Shown here in pieces: positions 1-12,083 of a stretch of DNA of 64,000 bases. The DNA comes from Malacoraja senta (Eukaryota), in NCBI GenBank assembly GCA_038087875.1, contig CM075992.1, positions 992,001 to 1,056,000 on the forward strand, written 5' to 3'. Positions within the stretch are counted from its first letter, which is position 1. Each line of letters opens with the position of its first letter. Position numbers and translations under genes: made by a program. Below the pieces are notes generated by a model. The model saw only the letters and a list, made by a program, of their open reading frames with translations. It made no database searches and had not been told where the DNA came from.

Positions 1-2603
1 GGTTTAAACCAAAGATAGACACAACATGCTGGAGTAACTCAGCGGGACAGGCAGCATCTCTGGAGAGAAGGAATAGGTGACGTTTCGTGTCGAGACCCTT
101 CTTCAGACGGACCTTCGTCAGAAGATTACAATAATCTCCTTTGCCCTATTTTAAAGGTGCATTCCAAATTATCTGTACAAATACATATTACAAGAGAGAG
201 CTTCTTTATGCTGAAGCACTCCAAAAATGGACACCTTATTTTTGTTTTGGCAATGAGTAATTTTAGTAACAACATGGTTGCTGATGCCCTGCGGACTTTT
301 ATTTTCTATTTCTCATGTACGTAACTTGACCATTTGCAATGCTCTCCCATTGTTCTGGCTATTAACCTTTGGACTATTCCACAAGTAACGCAGGACCGTT
401 TCAAGCTTAAAGAAGTGAATTCACAGAATATTTGTTAAAACCCAACCAGAAGCTGAATGTTCAATTTACGAGTTCTAGAAAATCAAATTAAAAATGTTTA
501 TGATAATTTGAATCCGTTATCAAATGCCAGATTAATTCCCCTAGTAGTCCCCGAAACAGTCCTCTACTTGAATCTAGCCTGATATTTCACAGAGCATATA
601 ATCCAGTATGTCATCTTATTTTTAACATGCTGTAAAAAGCAAGATGTCGCTGTTTCATTTGTGTATAGTTGCGATCTTTCCAGCTTAATGGCATCGCTCC
701 TGTAGCAGGGTGACCAAAAATGTCTTGTACAACCGTAACATAAGATCCAATCTTTGATGTGCTTCTTTGACAACCTGCACTTATGCTTTGTTCAAGTGTC
801 AGAACAGATGACCCAATTGTAGCGGTTTCTGGGAGCTTGCTGCACCATTTCATTCACAAGTAAGCTGCACCATTTCATTCACTTCTGAAGAGGAAGCTGC
901 CCGCCCAAACACAAATAGATTGTGTGGCAACTGAGTCTTGCCCACATAAAAAAAAGTATGCAATTCAAAATAATTGACTATATCATGTTCCTAGAGCCAA
1001 CTCGAGAGTCGTATCACATTGTGAGTACAAATTATTTTTTCTTTGTTATCATCTTGGAGCAGCACAACTAGATGATAGAAAATAGAATCCTAGTGGAATG
1101 CAGCAGAGGAATAGAGCAACTAACAGCAAATAATGGCTTCAATGTTAGAAGGCAAAAACACCGCATTTCTGTATTCAGACGATGCGCACTGTATCACTCA
1201 ACAGGAACATTCAACAAACTGACAAGTCAACAGGGAAGGTACAAGTGTGAGAGGGATAACATTATTTATTAAAATGATGATACCAGCACAGAGGATATAA
1301 CTGATAAGACAGACCCAAACAGGCTGGAGCTCTTCCAAATAGAAAAAAGGAAAACAGTGGGATTTAAATTTATAAAAGGTTTTGCTCATAAATATTGAGA
1401 GAATATACGATTCCACATGGGAAAATCCAAAATGAAGTGTTTGAAATACAAGACAGTCAATACTAAATCTAAAGTGGAATTTGGAAAAACTTCACGCTCG
1501 GTGATGTCGACCTTGCAAGTATGTGTGACTGATCTGAACAGCACAGATGAATTGGACAGGCACATGGATAGGAAAGCTTTAGTGGGATATGGGCCAAATG
1601 CAGGCAGGTGGGACTAGTGTAGGTGGGGCATCTTGACCGGCATGGGCAAGTTGGGCCTTAGGGCCTCTTTCCGTGCTGTACGGCCTTATTTCAGGTAAAG
1701 CCAAAGAATGCGAGTGATAAAGGAATAGAAAACCATTTTGACGAGAGGATACATAAAGACTGAAAGAGAAGGTTCACTTGCAACATAACTGCCAACATAG
1801 ACCAGGTTCAGTGGATTGTTCATTTCTGTGCTGTAAGATATGTTGCCATGCTTGGACTAGTTACTGTTAGCTTAGTCTCTACCATTTCATGACTCTTTCC
1901 CAGAATCACCGTCCGTGATCTTCCCATGATGGTACTTAACTGATAGAGAAGACTCTGCTGGGAGTCTCAGTCTGAAGAAGGATCACGACCCGAATTGTCA
2001 CCTATTCCTTTTCTCCAGAAAGGCCCAAATTTGCTTGGCTGTCCAAATGATGCAGCTTATGGATAGGTGATGTTTTGGGTCGGGACACCTCTTCAAATTC
2101 CATATGTGCAGCTTAGTAAATGCCATCAGAGACTGTGCATTGTAAATAGTGAGTCAGTATTGCTGCCCTCAATGCTGGGTGGCTGAAATGTATCATGAAC
2201 TGATTTTCAATATTGTTAAACCTTATTGGAAATTGCTGAGAAGTTTATACAGAGACAAAACACTACTCTCTTGAGGCAACTACTTTGAGACCCAAAATAG
2301 ATTATTCAGAATTGAGAGGTTAGAAATCTCCAAAAAGACCACGTTCACCAGATTCAATTGAAGTGACCAGGTAAACAGGTAAGGTTTTAAGAATCATGAA
2401 AATAATAGTGACCTTGGCACAAACAAGCCTTGCCTGGAATTCATAACTTCTCCCTGCAGAGAAGAATATTATTTTTTGAAGCACAATGAAATGGGCTGAG
2501 CAGACAATGCCATGCAGGACAGCTCAAAGCCATTGTTCCTTGAAATGTTCAGATTTTTCCTTGTTTTAAAGCACTTTACTTTTAAAGCACAAAATTGAAA
2601 CTG

Positions 2604-2881
2604 CAGGAACTGCAGATTCTGGTTTACACCGAAGATAGACACAAAATGCTGGAGTAACTTAACGGAACAGGCAGCATCTCCCATCAGCTAACAATGAACC
2701 ATTCTACATTTTACTTGATTATTGTCCCATTTGATCTGTGTTTTCACACCTTACTCTTTACATATCACCCTCTCCTCTGACTCTGTCTGAAGAAGGGTCT
2801 CGACCCGAAACCATACCTTCTCTCCAGAGATGCTGCCTGTCCTGCTCAGTTACTTCAGCATTTTGTGTCTATCTTCAGTGT
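2604..2881. mobile_element. Fold-back Penelope-derived mini-insertion
   Basis: Two inverted terminal fragments flanked by the 14-bp TSD caaaattgaaactg (2590-2603, 2882-2895). Confidence 0.75.
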
Positions 2882-4199
2882 CAAAATTGAAACTGTTGTT
2901 TCATCAGCTACGCTGCATTTCGGAATTCCTCCGAGTTAGTAACTGAAAGTTATACACAACTCTCCACACATTATACACAATTTTCCAAAACTGAGGATGT
3001 ATCCAGATTAAAAGTTAATGAAGTATTGGATTTTGTAAAACAGGGACAGAATACGGTCTAGAATAATAACTTCACACACAAGACTTATTTGAAGTAAGGT
3101 TAGATTTCCATGATCACGAACATTAAAACAATGATGATGGATTATTAATTGTCAAGAAGGGAGCAAAAAGAGAATGCAAACATGTTATGAAGATCAAAAA
3201 TAAAGCAAATCTGAAATGAAAACAAAAATTGTTGGGAATATTCGCAGAACAGACTGCAAAGTGAGAAAGAGTTAATGTTTTCGGTCGATGACCCTTTCCT
3301 CAGATACATACTTGCATGGAGTTCTTAGACCACAGAATGCTTTCTCACAGGCAGCAGTTCTCAGGCCAACAGTATTGCACTGCATTCTTTCCCAGAGTGA
3401 ATTAGAAAAATATCCGAACCAGTGGTCGGCGAATGCAAACGAAAGCATTTAGAAAATATATTAAAAATCACCGAGTCAAGAGTGAAGATTGTTTAATTGA
3501 AATATGTACCAGGACCGGACCAATTAAATTTGGACTTGCTGTAACTTTACAGCCACGTTAAATGAAACACGACAAATATAGATTGTGGTTACGATCTGGA
3601 TATCACTATCTATAAGAGTTGTAGAAATGGAATGGGTTTTCAAAAGGGAACTAGCAGGGTATAGAGAAAGATCTGTGGAAGTGGGAATTTATTCCCATTA
3701 TCCTATATCTCTACCGTATGACTGTCTTGATTGTAATCATCTATAGTCTTTCTGAAAGCATGCAGCAAAAAAGCTTTTCACTGTACCTCTGTACACATGA
3801 CAATAAACTAAGCTAAACAAAGAAATAATCCTGCACAGGTTTGCTGTTTCCTGTACCATAAACAATAGTAAAGCACGCTACAAAAAAAGCTTTTCTCCCT
3901 ACCCCAGTTCATGCGACATTAAATTAAATCTAACTAGTAATAATCCGGTTTAGTTTTAGCCTTACATAAGCAAAAAAATCACGGATGAAAAGCAAGTTAT
4001 AATGTGCTTTAGTAAGAGCTCAGTATGTAGGTTTACAAAGTCAGCCACCTTGTGACAAAAGGCTTTAAAGAATATGATTACTGGAATAAGTCTAGATGCA
4101 TTAATTTCTAACTTTGCACGTCTACTTTTATCTACTACACATGTAACTTCTATGGTCCATCTTCTCTGTAAATCCAGTTGGACAATTTTAATCTTCACC

Positions 4200-4800
4200 G
4201 GTGTAACTTTCCAAGCAGTCTTGTATGACACCAGTGTTTTCACTGCGACTGTCTCTGATGTAGAGCCACTGGTTAGGGTCACAGCTTGGATGTGATTAGG
4301 AGGCAAGTGTAAGATGGAGATGAATTTATATAGTGGCTGAACACAGCACTCCTGGGTGCAGTGTCCATCGGTTGGTGCTGCCTTCCTGCATTTCTCTCTG
4401 AGTTGTCACGCATTGAAGATCATGTCCACCGTGTCACCAGATGGACAGGATTCACACTGCAATTTGTGGAACAGCAGGGAGGAGAGAACCTAGGACTGTT
4501 ATCCTGTCCTCTGCTACATTTGCAAAGATGGTTGCAATTACTGGATCTTTTTGGTCACCTTGGTATGTACTCTTCTTCCCAGATGTGGACAATGAAATTG
4601 TGGAATCACATTTCACTGCCTACTATTAGAACTCCAGTGCTAATCACAAGGCCTCCTGACAATGTGGTGTTCTTTAATTGAGATACAGCCTTGGAACATT
4701 TTGTTAGGAGTGGTAGCAAGGAATTTACTGCACGCTGTACCAATGTTTAAGGCATTCATGAAGCACTCTGCTATTTGTCTGAGGGTGGTCTTGTCTTTCA
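4200..4800 (-). mobile_element. Highly degraded RTE-type LINE reverse-transcriptase remnant
   Basis: Frameshifted motifs IWEEEYIP..DPVIATIF, DTVDMIFNA*QLREKCR and KFISILHL...TSGSTSETVAVKT-GVIQDC. Confidence 0.65.
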
Positions 4801-6171
4801 AGCGGGGAGTGGAATAGCAGGGATCCTTTACTTACATGTCAAGGCTTCTTCAGGTCTCTAAGGAAAAATATTCTGTGAAATACAAGGGTAAATCTGCCAA
4901 ATAGTTATGCTAATAAAACTTACTTAAAGTGGTAGGAGAACAGGAAAAATAATTCTGAATTTTTAACTTCAATATCCTGAAGTCTTCTTATGTGGTAGTT
5001 GCACACAGGGTGCATTTCAGGGACAGCTATTAACGCTGTGAGCTTTAATGGCCAGATGTTGTGAAAATAATTGAAGTTATCCAAAGTATCTCTGTTTCTA
5101 CCTCTAATCCTTTTCAAAAGCACCAAAACATCTCGCTTTAATCAAATTTGGGTCTTCCATGAAAGTAATTCATCTGATTCAGTGCTAAATTTTGTTTTAC
5201 ACTGTTCCAAAATGCCTTGTGCCTTTTTACTGCATTTATTGAAACTATCTAGTGCAACCTAATTGTTGAAATGACACAAGGTACTTGACAAAAGGAGCGC
5301 AGGAGAAATCCTGGAGAATTACTCCTTCGAGGGAGAGACAAAAAATATCGCTTCTTTCTACATCAAGATGCCCTTCTCAGTACAAACACAATTAATGGAT
5401 CATTTCAAACAGGAGTTTCACATGCACAATCCTGTGACATTTCACACACCCGTGCAGATGCAGCAGTTGTAGGGCTCAACATGAATATGTAGGAAGGAAC
5501 TGCAGATGCTCATTTGCCTTTCCCACGACTCTCAGACTAAAGAAGGGTCTCGACCCGAAACATCACCCATTCCTTCTCTCCAGAAATGCTGCCTGTCCCG
5601 CCCGCTGAGTTACTTTTTGTGTCTATCTTGGGCTCAAAATTAAATTACTTTTATCCCTTGTACACGATGGTTGACACATTTGTGAAAAACAGTCAGAAGA
5701 TATTTTGATTGGGGCCTTTATCCAGCTGGATCAGCATCGCCTGTTGAGGAACGGGTCAGAGGGCTCACCCCTCTGGCTTTTGGATGAAAGTTAAAAATCA
5801 GTGGCAAGCATTAAACATTAGCCCAGCTGTGCCATGGTAAATAGCATGGGTTAATTCAGTCCATTATAAATTTGGAGAGCAACCTCTGTATCCTGTACTT
5901 TTGAAATGAGGCTTTTTCTACGTAAGCCTCTCGTCAATGATAATCTCTGAAATGAGCCCTAAATTCAGAAAACAGCGTCATGTCCACATTGACAGCTGGA
6001 CTGATAATTCCGTCAAACTGTGGCAACAGTCAGCAGATATTTTGGCAACATTAAAGGATTGATTTCTGGATTACTTTACATGCTGCATCAGACCAACATG
6101 CGTGGGGTTCTATGGTAAAGCACAATGTTGCTTGCATGCAGCTCACATTATATCCAAAGTGAATCTCTCAC

Positions 6172-6420
6172 TAGTCATAGAGTCTTACAGTGTGGAAACT
6201 TCAGCCCAACTTGCCCACACCGGCCAACATGTCCCATCTACTCTAGTCCCACACCTGCCTGCATTTAGCCCATATCCCTCCAAACCTGACATATCCATGT
6301 ACCTGTCCAAATGTTTCTTAAACGTTGCGATGGTACCTGCCTCAACTACCTCCTCCGGCAGCTTGTTCCATACACCCACCACCCTTTGCGTGAAAAAAGT
6401 TACCCCTCAAGTTGCTATTC
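6172..6420 (-). mobile_element. CR1-clade LINE 3' end (older subfamily)
   Basis: VVGVWNKLPEEVVEAGTIATFKKHLDRYMD. Confidence 0.8.
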
Positions 6421-7847
6421 TTATTTGGTGCTCCTAATGTTTTTTTGTTAAACAGGGATATCTTCGCAAAAAAATATATGAGGGCAGTTAATACATGAAA
6501 TGCCTGTCGGTGATGCCTAAATCCCATAAAACTGAATTGTAAAAAAAGCTTATCAACAGTGGATCACTGCAGCTTTCTCAAGAAAAGGCCCACAGAACCT
6601 TGAGCCTAACAAACCTGGAAGAGCACGAGGAATAATAACGTATTTTTATGAAGTAAAATGCCCCAATACTCATCATATGAGTGCTATCAACTCCAATCAC
6701 CACAATTTAAAACAACAACCAATAACTCTGTCAAAGAGATAGGCTTTAAGGATTATATTGAAGGAAAATGAAGTAGAGAGGTTAAGTGTTTTAATTTATT
6801 CTTGATGTGTCAAAGGTTATGGGGAGAAGGCATGAGAATCAGGGGGTATGGAGAGAAGGCAGGTACGGGATACTGAGTTGGATGATCAGCCATGATCGTA
6901 TTGAATGGCGGTGCAGGCTCGAAGGGCCGAATGGCCTACTCCTGCACCTAATTTCTATGTATCTATGTATCTATGAATGGGGTTAGCCATGATAGATCAG
7001 CCATGATTGAATGGCGGCATAGACTTGATGGGCCGAATGGCCTAATTCTACTCCTATCACTTATGATTGTATGATATTCCAGAGCTTCAGCTCCGCAGCT
7101 GAAGGCACAGCTACCAATGGCAAAACAGTTAAAATCAGAGAAACCCAGATTATCTTGAAGACTTCTGGTACTATAGATTGCAGAGACAAGGAGGTGTGAA
7201 GCCACCTGAAAAGAGAGATTGGGTGTTTTGAAACAAAGTCACGGTTGAATCAGACATCAACGCTGTTCAAACAAAATCACTGTGGTTCTAGGTACCAATG
7301 AAATGAAAGCTAAACTGAACTTGGTCAGGGATAAGGTCCAAACAGCAGAAATCTGGTGACATTAGCCTTACAGAGGGAAGAAACAAGGGAACCATTAGGA
7401 TTGCGCTGAAAGAGCGGCCTGTTGGCTTGGAAGCCGCGGTCTCCAGTAAGAAGGCGGCCGTTCCTGGCACCCCAAGCCGCTGAGAGGGTTCTCCCGACGC
7501 CGGAGTACCATCACCCGGCGAGAACGGCCATGAACATCGAGCCTCCGTAGTGGCGACTGTGGAGGCCTCAATAGGCCCGACTATGGGTGGACATGGGGAT
7601 GGGGACTGGACTTTGTGCCTTCCCCCACAGTGGGAACCATTGTGGGGGGATGTTTTTATGTTTAATGTTAAACTTCTTAATGCTATGTTGTATTTTTATT
7701 AGTGTGCTGCAAGGACATCAGAATTTCCCCTGAATAAGGGGATTAATAAAGTAAAAATCAATCAATCACTCAATCAAATAATCCAGGCAAAAAGCACGCT
7801 GGCAAACCAAGCATTCAATGGATCCATCCCTCAAAATGTTACACCAG

Positions 7848-7996
7848 NNNNNNNNNNNNNNNNNNNNNNNNNNNNNNNNNNNNNNNNNNNNNNNNNNNNN
7901 NNNNNNNNNNNNNNNNNNNNNNNNNNNNNNNNNNNNNNNNNNNNNNNNNNNNNNNNNNNNNNNNNNNNNNNNNNNNNNNNNNNNNNNNNNNNNNNN
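7848..7996. other. Assembly gap (149 N) next to a (CA)n microsatellite
   Basis: Run of N. Confidence 1.
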
Positions 7997-8424
7997 GGGC
8001 ACACACACACACACACATCTTTATGGTTTTGTTTTCAGCTTGGTGCTGCTGCTGAGAAGGTGTGGGATTCACTCACACCCAACCTCCGTACGATAAGCCA
8101 TCTGTTAGCACTTGTTTAGTATTACAGTTCACAGAATAAATGCAAATGATGCTCCTCCAAGAAAATCCTCCACACTGCGGATTGGATTAGATAATCAATC
8201 TTCTAACTGTCATACCATCAGAAAAAGGTCCTATACAGAAGCCTCAGAAAATCAATTTACTGAGCAACAAAAAGAAAAAAGGTAATGATAGGATAGATTC
8301 AAAGAGATTTCCAAAGGCTAAGGAACAAAAATGTAAGTTTAGAGGCATTAATAAAGTATAGAGAATGGTACTTTGAGGGCGAGGCTGTGGTGGAGTTTTG
8401 GAAACGAGGTTGTAAGTACCTTAG

Positions 8425-8640
8425 GTAGACAAAAATGTTGGAGAAACTCAGCGGGTGAGGCAGCATCTTTGAGCAAAGGAATAGGTGCCGTTTCGGGTCG
8501 AGACCTTTCTTCTGAAGGAGGGTCTCGAACCGAAACATCACCTATTCCTTCGCTCCATAGATGCTGCCTCACCCGCTGAGTTTCTCCATCATTTTTGTCT
8601 CCATTCGATTTTTCCAGCAACTGCAGTTCTTTCTTAAACA
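8425..8640. mobile_element. Fold-back Penelope-derived mini-insertion forming a ~180-bp hairpin
   Basis: Inverted arms centred near 8512. 15-bp TSD ttgtaagta(c/g)cttag (8410-8424, 8641-8655). Confidence 0.8.
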
Positions 8641-9050
8641 TTGTAAGTAGCTTAGTTTCTTGGACCCTATACTGTGGGGACAGCAATGACCCATTAAGGA
8701 ATGCAGGAAAAGTTATTTTTCTTAATTCAGTTTCGTGGTCTAGGTCATGTGATAGGAGCAGAATTAGGCCATTCGGCCCATCGTTTACTCTGCCATTCAA
8801 TCATGGTTGATCTATCTCTCCCTCCTAACCTCATTCTCCTGCCTTTTCCCCATAAACCCCTGACACCCGTACTAATCAAGAATCTATCTATCTATCTCAG
8901 TCTAGGTGGGGAAGATTGGAAGTGGCAAAGGAAAATTAGAGGATATATAACAAACAAATGGAAGTATTGGTGGACTAGGGTTTGGGCACAGGGGGTAGAG
9001 GGGGGGGGGAAAGAGTTGCAGTGGATGGTGGTAGGAGGATTGAAATTGCA

Positions 9051-9460
9051 AGGTAGACAAAAATGCTGGAGAAACTCAGCGGGTGAGGCAGCATTATGGA
9101 GCGAAGGAAATAGGCAACGTTTCGGGCCGAAACCCTTCTTCAGACTGATGCAGGGTGGGGGGGGGGGGGCGGGAAGAAGAAAGGAAGAAGGGGAGCCAGA
9201 GGGCTGAGGGAGAGCTGAGAAGGGGAGGAGACAGCAAGGGCTACTGGAAATTGTAGAAGTCAATGTTCAGGCCACTGGGATGCAAACTGCCCAAGCGGAA
9301 TATGAGGTGGTGCTCCTCCAATTTCCGGTGGTGCTCACTCTGGCAATGGAGGAGGCCCAGGACAGAAAGGTCGGATTCGGAATGGGAGGGGGAGTTGAAG
9401 CGCTGAGCTACAGGGAGATCAGGTTGGTTTATGCGGACAGAGCGGAGGTGTTCGGCGACT
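9051..9460 (-). mobile_element. Penelope-like element 3' fragment (C-terminal GIY-YIG endonuclease region plus 3' terminal repeat)
   Basis: The ORF segment AEHLRSVRINQPDLPVAQRFNSPSHSESDLSVLGLLHCQSEHHRKLEEHHLIFRLGSLHPSGLNIDF is typical of a PLE GIY-YIG C-terminus. It is followed by the terminal sequence that recurs throughout the window. Confidence 0.85.
9116..9143 (-). ncRNA. Minimal hammerhead-ribozyme-like core in the Penelope terminal repeat
   Basis: Minus strand reads CTGAAGA-A-GGGT(TTCG)GCCC-GAAAC-GTT: CUGANGA box, stem II with UUCG loop, GAAA box and palindromic ACGT helix III. Helix I is weak. Confidence 0.5.
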
Positions 9461-9767
9461 GAGGATTTGAAATCTAAAATACAACATGCCAAGTACTCAA
9501 TATGGATCAACTAGGCCAGAGGAGATATGTCAGTACATTGACTGCACAAAGACAGGAAGAACAGCATTGGATTCTGTGAATGTGGAGGTAACAAGGGCAT
9601 GACCGACCGAAGCATCAGATCAAGTGGTAGATTTTATCGAGAAAGCGTCACTGATGGATTCTGTCTTTTTTTTTGTTTAGTTTAGTTTAGAGTTACAGCG
9701 TGGAAACAGGCCCTTCGGCCCACCGTGTCTGCGCCGACTAGCGATCCCCGCACATTAACATTATCCT

Positions 9768-9822
9768 TGGGTGGAAGATTGCAACCTTCACGTGGTCCCA
9801 CCCTGTTTCATCGAATGCAATC
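9768..9822 (+). ncRNA. Minimal HDV/CPEB3-like self-cleaving ribozyme motif, copy 1
   Basis: P1 (T)GGGTGG/CCACCC(T), P2 GATTGCA/TGCAATC, P3 ACC/GGT, L3 TTCACGT, vestigial P4, J4/2 CGAA. Confidence 0.7.
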
Positions 9823-9903
9823 AACCCGGCGTGCACAAACAAGATCAAATAGAACAAGTTGTCCTACAACTTAAGGCTGTGCACCTTACGCAAGAAGAAG
9901 AGG
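9768..9903 (+). mobile_element. ~135-bp non-autonomous retroelement (ribozyme-headed SINE-like), copy 1, nested in a V-SINE
   Basis: 11-bp TSD aacattatcct/aacactatcct (9757-9767, 9904-9914) and an (AAG)n tail. Closely similar to 44865-44998. Confidence 0.85.
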
Positions 9904-12064
9904 AACACTATCCTAACCACACTAGGGACAATTTACCAAGCCAATTAACTTACAAACCTGTACGTCTTTGGAGTGTGGGAGGAAACCGAAGATCCCGGAG
10001 AAAACCCACGCAGGTCACAGGGAGAACGTACAAACTCCGTACAGACAGCACCTGTAGTCGGGATCGAACCTGGGTCTCCAGCGCTGCATTCGCTGTAAAG
10101 CAGCAACTCTACTGCTGTGCCACCGTGACTGCCCTTCATAAAGTTTGTAGAGAATGTCAAGATGATGATATAACATGCATGAATCTGTGGGTGGAGAAAC
10201 ATTTGGGTGCATACAAAGCTGTCATTTTTCTGGTTGCTGAATCAGCAATAAGAGCTAGATCATTTGGGCAGAAACTAGGAAACAATCTTGTTTTACAGTA
10301 GATGTAATGAAAATTCAGGAACACTGCCCATCAAGGCAATTAGACATTTCCAACACTACAATCAAATGCTTAGATCATATCTTTAGGGTGGCACGGTAGC
10401 ACAACGGTGGAGTTGCTGCTTTTCAGCGCTTGCAGTGTGGGTTTCCTCCCACACTCAAAAGACGTACAGGTATGTAGGTAAATTGGCTTGGTAAATGTAA
10501 AAATTGCGGTGATCGCTGGTCGGCACGGACACAGTGGGCCGAAGGGCTTGTTTCCGTGCTGTATCTCTAAACTAAAATGAAATTATCAAGGAATACAGAT
10601 CAAGAACAACCATCCATGATTTAACTAAAAGGCAGAGAAGGTTTTTATAGGATGGATGTCCCTTGACTTTTCCTATTCCTATATTGTATTCTTTGAGTTT
10701 CAGGGCTAAGATCCAAGATGCATCAATCCCAATCATAGTTTTGGAGGCTGTTAAGAATAAGAGACTCAAATAGTGAATCATCATAGGCAGACACAATAAC
10801 TTTTACAATTCCAGTAGTCCTTGGCTTCTCAGCTTGTTCGTATTTCTACATTGTAAATCTGGACACATGTCTTTTTTTTACGAGACAAAATGGTTAACGG
10901 ATTCTAAGGTTTTTCAATGCAAGATAATCAAGCTTGGATGTAAAGAAGGCAATTATCTTTTACTTTCAATAATTCCTATCAATTAAGTACCTTAGCAAGA
11001 CTAGAACCATCTTATGCAGAGAATCATTGAGTGATACTGAAGACAGATATAGTGGGTATCAATCATGAGGAAGCAATGTGGAATTACACTGTAGAATATT
11101 CCACCACCAGCAGATTATCCTGTAAGCCTTTCATAGATATGTTCTTTTTTTTAAATTAACTCAACAGGAAATCAAGAGCTGTTTTGCAATCCCTCTTGTG
11201 ACTGCTCTGGCCCTAGGTAGATGTGCCAGGCTGCACTGTACCATGGCCACTGCTGATAAGATCTTCACTATGGAAGACAACAAAAGTTTCAACAACCACA
11301 GGAAAACTTTCAAGCCTTGGGATCAGAAATGTACGAATGAACAGGTTAACTTTTCAAATGATCCACTAAACTCAGACCACATCTGCTGAAGTTTGCAGTG
11401 GTTTGGTATTGGACAAGACATTTCCAGTGAATACTTATTAATACTAGCTGCACAACCAATCTGCTTAATGAGGACATTATGTGGCAAGACAACACTACAC
11501 TCTTTCAGCCTAGAAATTGGACTGGGAAAAGAGGCGTAAATAATACATAAGACATGATTTTTGACATGTTTGAATTCTTGCCCAATGGGAAATTGGATGA
11601 CATTTCTTGTCACAATTCACCATGATGGTGACATCATTTGCCAGTCGCAAGTGTTATCATTAACAAGCAGCGCAGTCATTCATTACTCATTCACATAAAG
11701 TGGATCAAAAGCTCACTTCTTAAGATTTTTATAATTCATTTGCATTTCAACAAGAGGTACATTATGCTAAAATTGTTGATGGCAGAGTGACTTAAATTAT
11801 CCCCCCCCGGGATATAATATCTGTGCTGAAAATCACCCTTTGTTACTTTTATTCACGATGCCCTGTTGCTAAGAGCTCTAGATACGTATCAAAGCTTCTC
11901 CAAGCCAAATTGAACGGGTGTGGAGACATCTACAGCCGTGCGGCGTAAGTGGCCTGTTCTGTCGTTGGAAGGAGAGGTGAGGGATCCCAGTAGACTACAT
12001 GCCATCATCCCCTCCCACCCAATTCCTTTGCGATTCCCCCTTCCCATCATATACCGACTGCCCA

Positions 12065-12083
12065 ACGTCACAGTTTGACGTCA
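12065..12083. promoter_or_regulatory. Paired CRE (full TGACGTCA plus inverted half site)
   Basis: ACGTCA-cagtt-TGACGTCA in non-repeat sequence about 0.9 kb downstream of the short PRKACA exon. Confidence 0.4.

Larger units (their letters stand above)
9675..10127 (-). mobile_element. tRNA-derived V-SINE (HE1-like), interrupted by the 9768-9903 element
   Basis: A box TGGCACAGCAGT, B box GGTTCGATCCC, V-domain GGTTTCCTCCCACACTCCAAAGAC and a (CTAAA)n tail. Related copies occur at about 10386, 24660, 25092, 33110, 34730, 38480, 44440, 55480 and 61340. Confidence 0.85.

Noticed and set aside
564-853. Minus-strand ORFs as PRKACA exons
   Set aside because: They contain decayed CR1 motifs (LRLYKT, FWSPCYR.D.IKLER) and no kinase sequence.
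3962-4306. 114-aa ORF as a coding exon
   Set aside because: Its 5' part is a frameshifted RTE reverse-transcriptase remnant.
4836-4872. Micro-exon candidate ending CAT|gtaagt
   Set aside because: Both possible acceptors give a stop codon in the phase-1 frame required by PRKACA.
10040-10127. tRNA gene
   Set aside because: The A and B boxes belong to the head of a V-SINE. There is no complete cloverleaf and the sequence continues into the SINE body.
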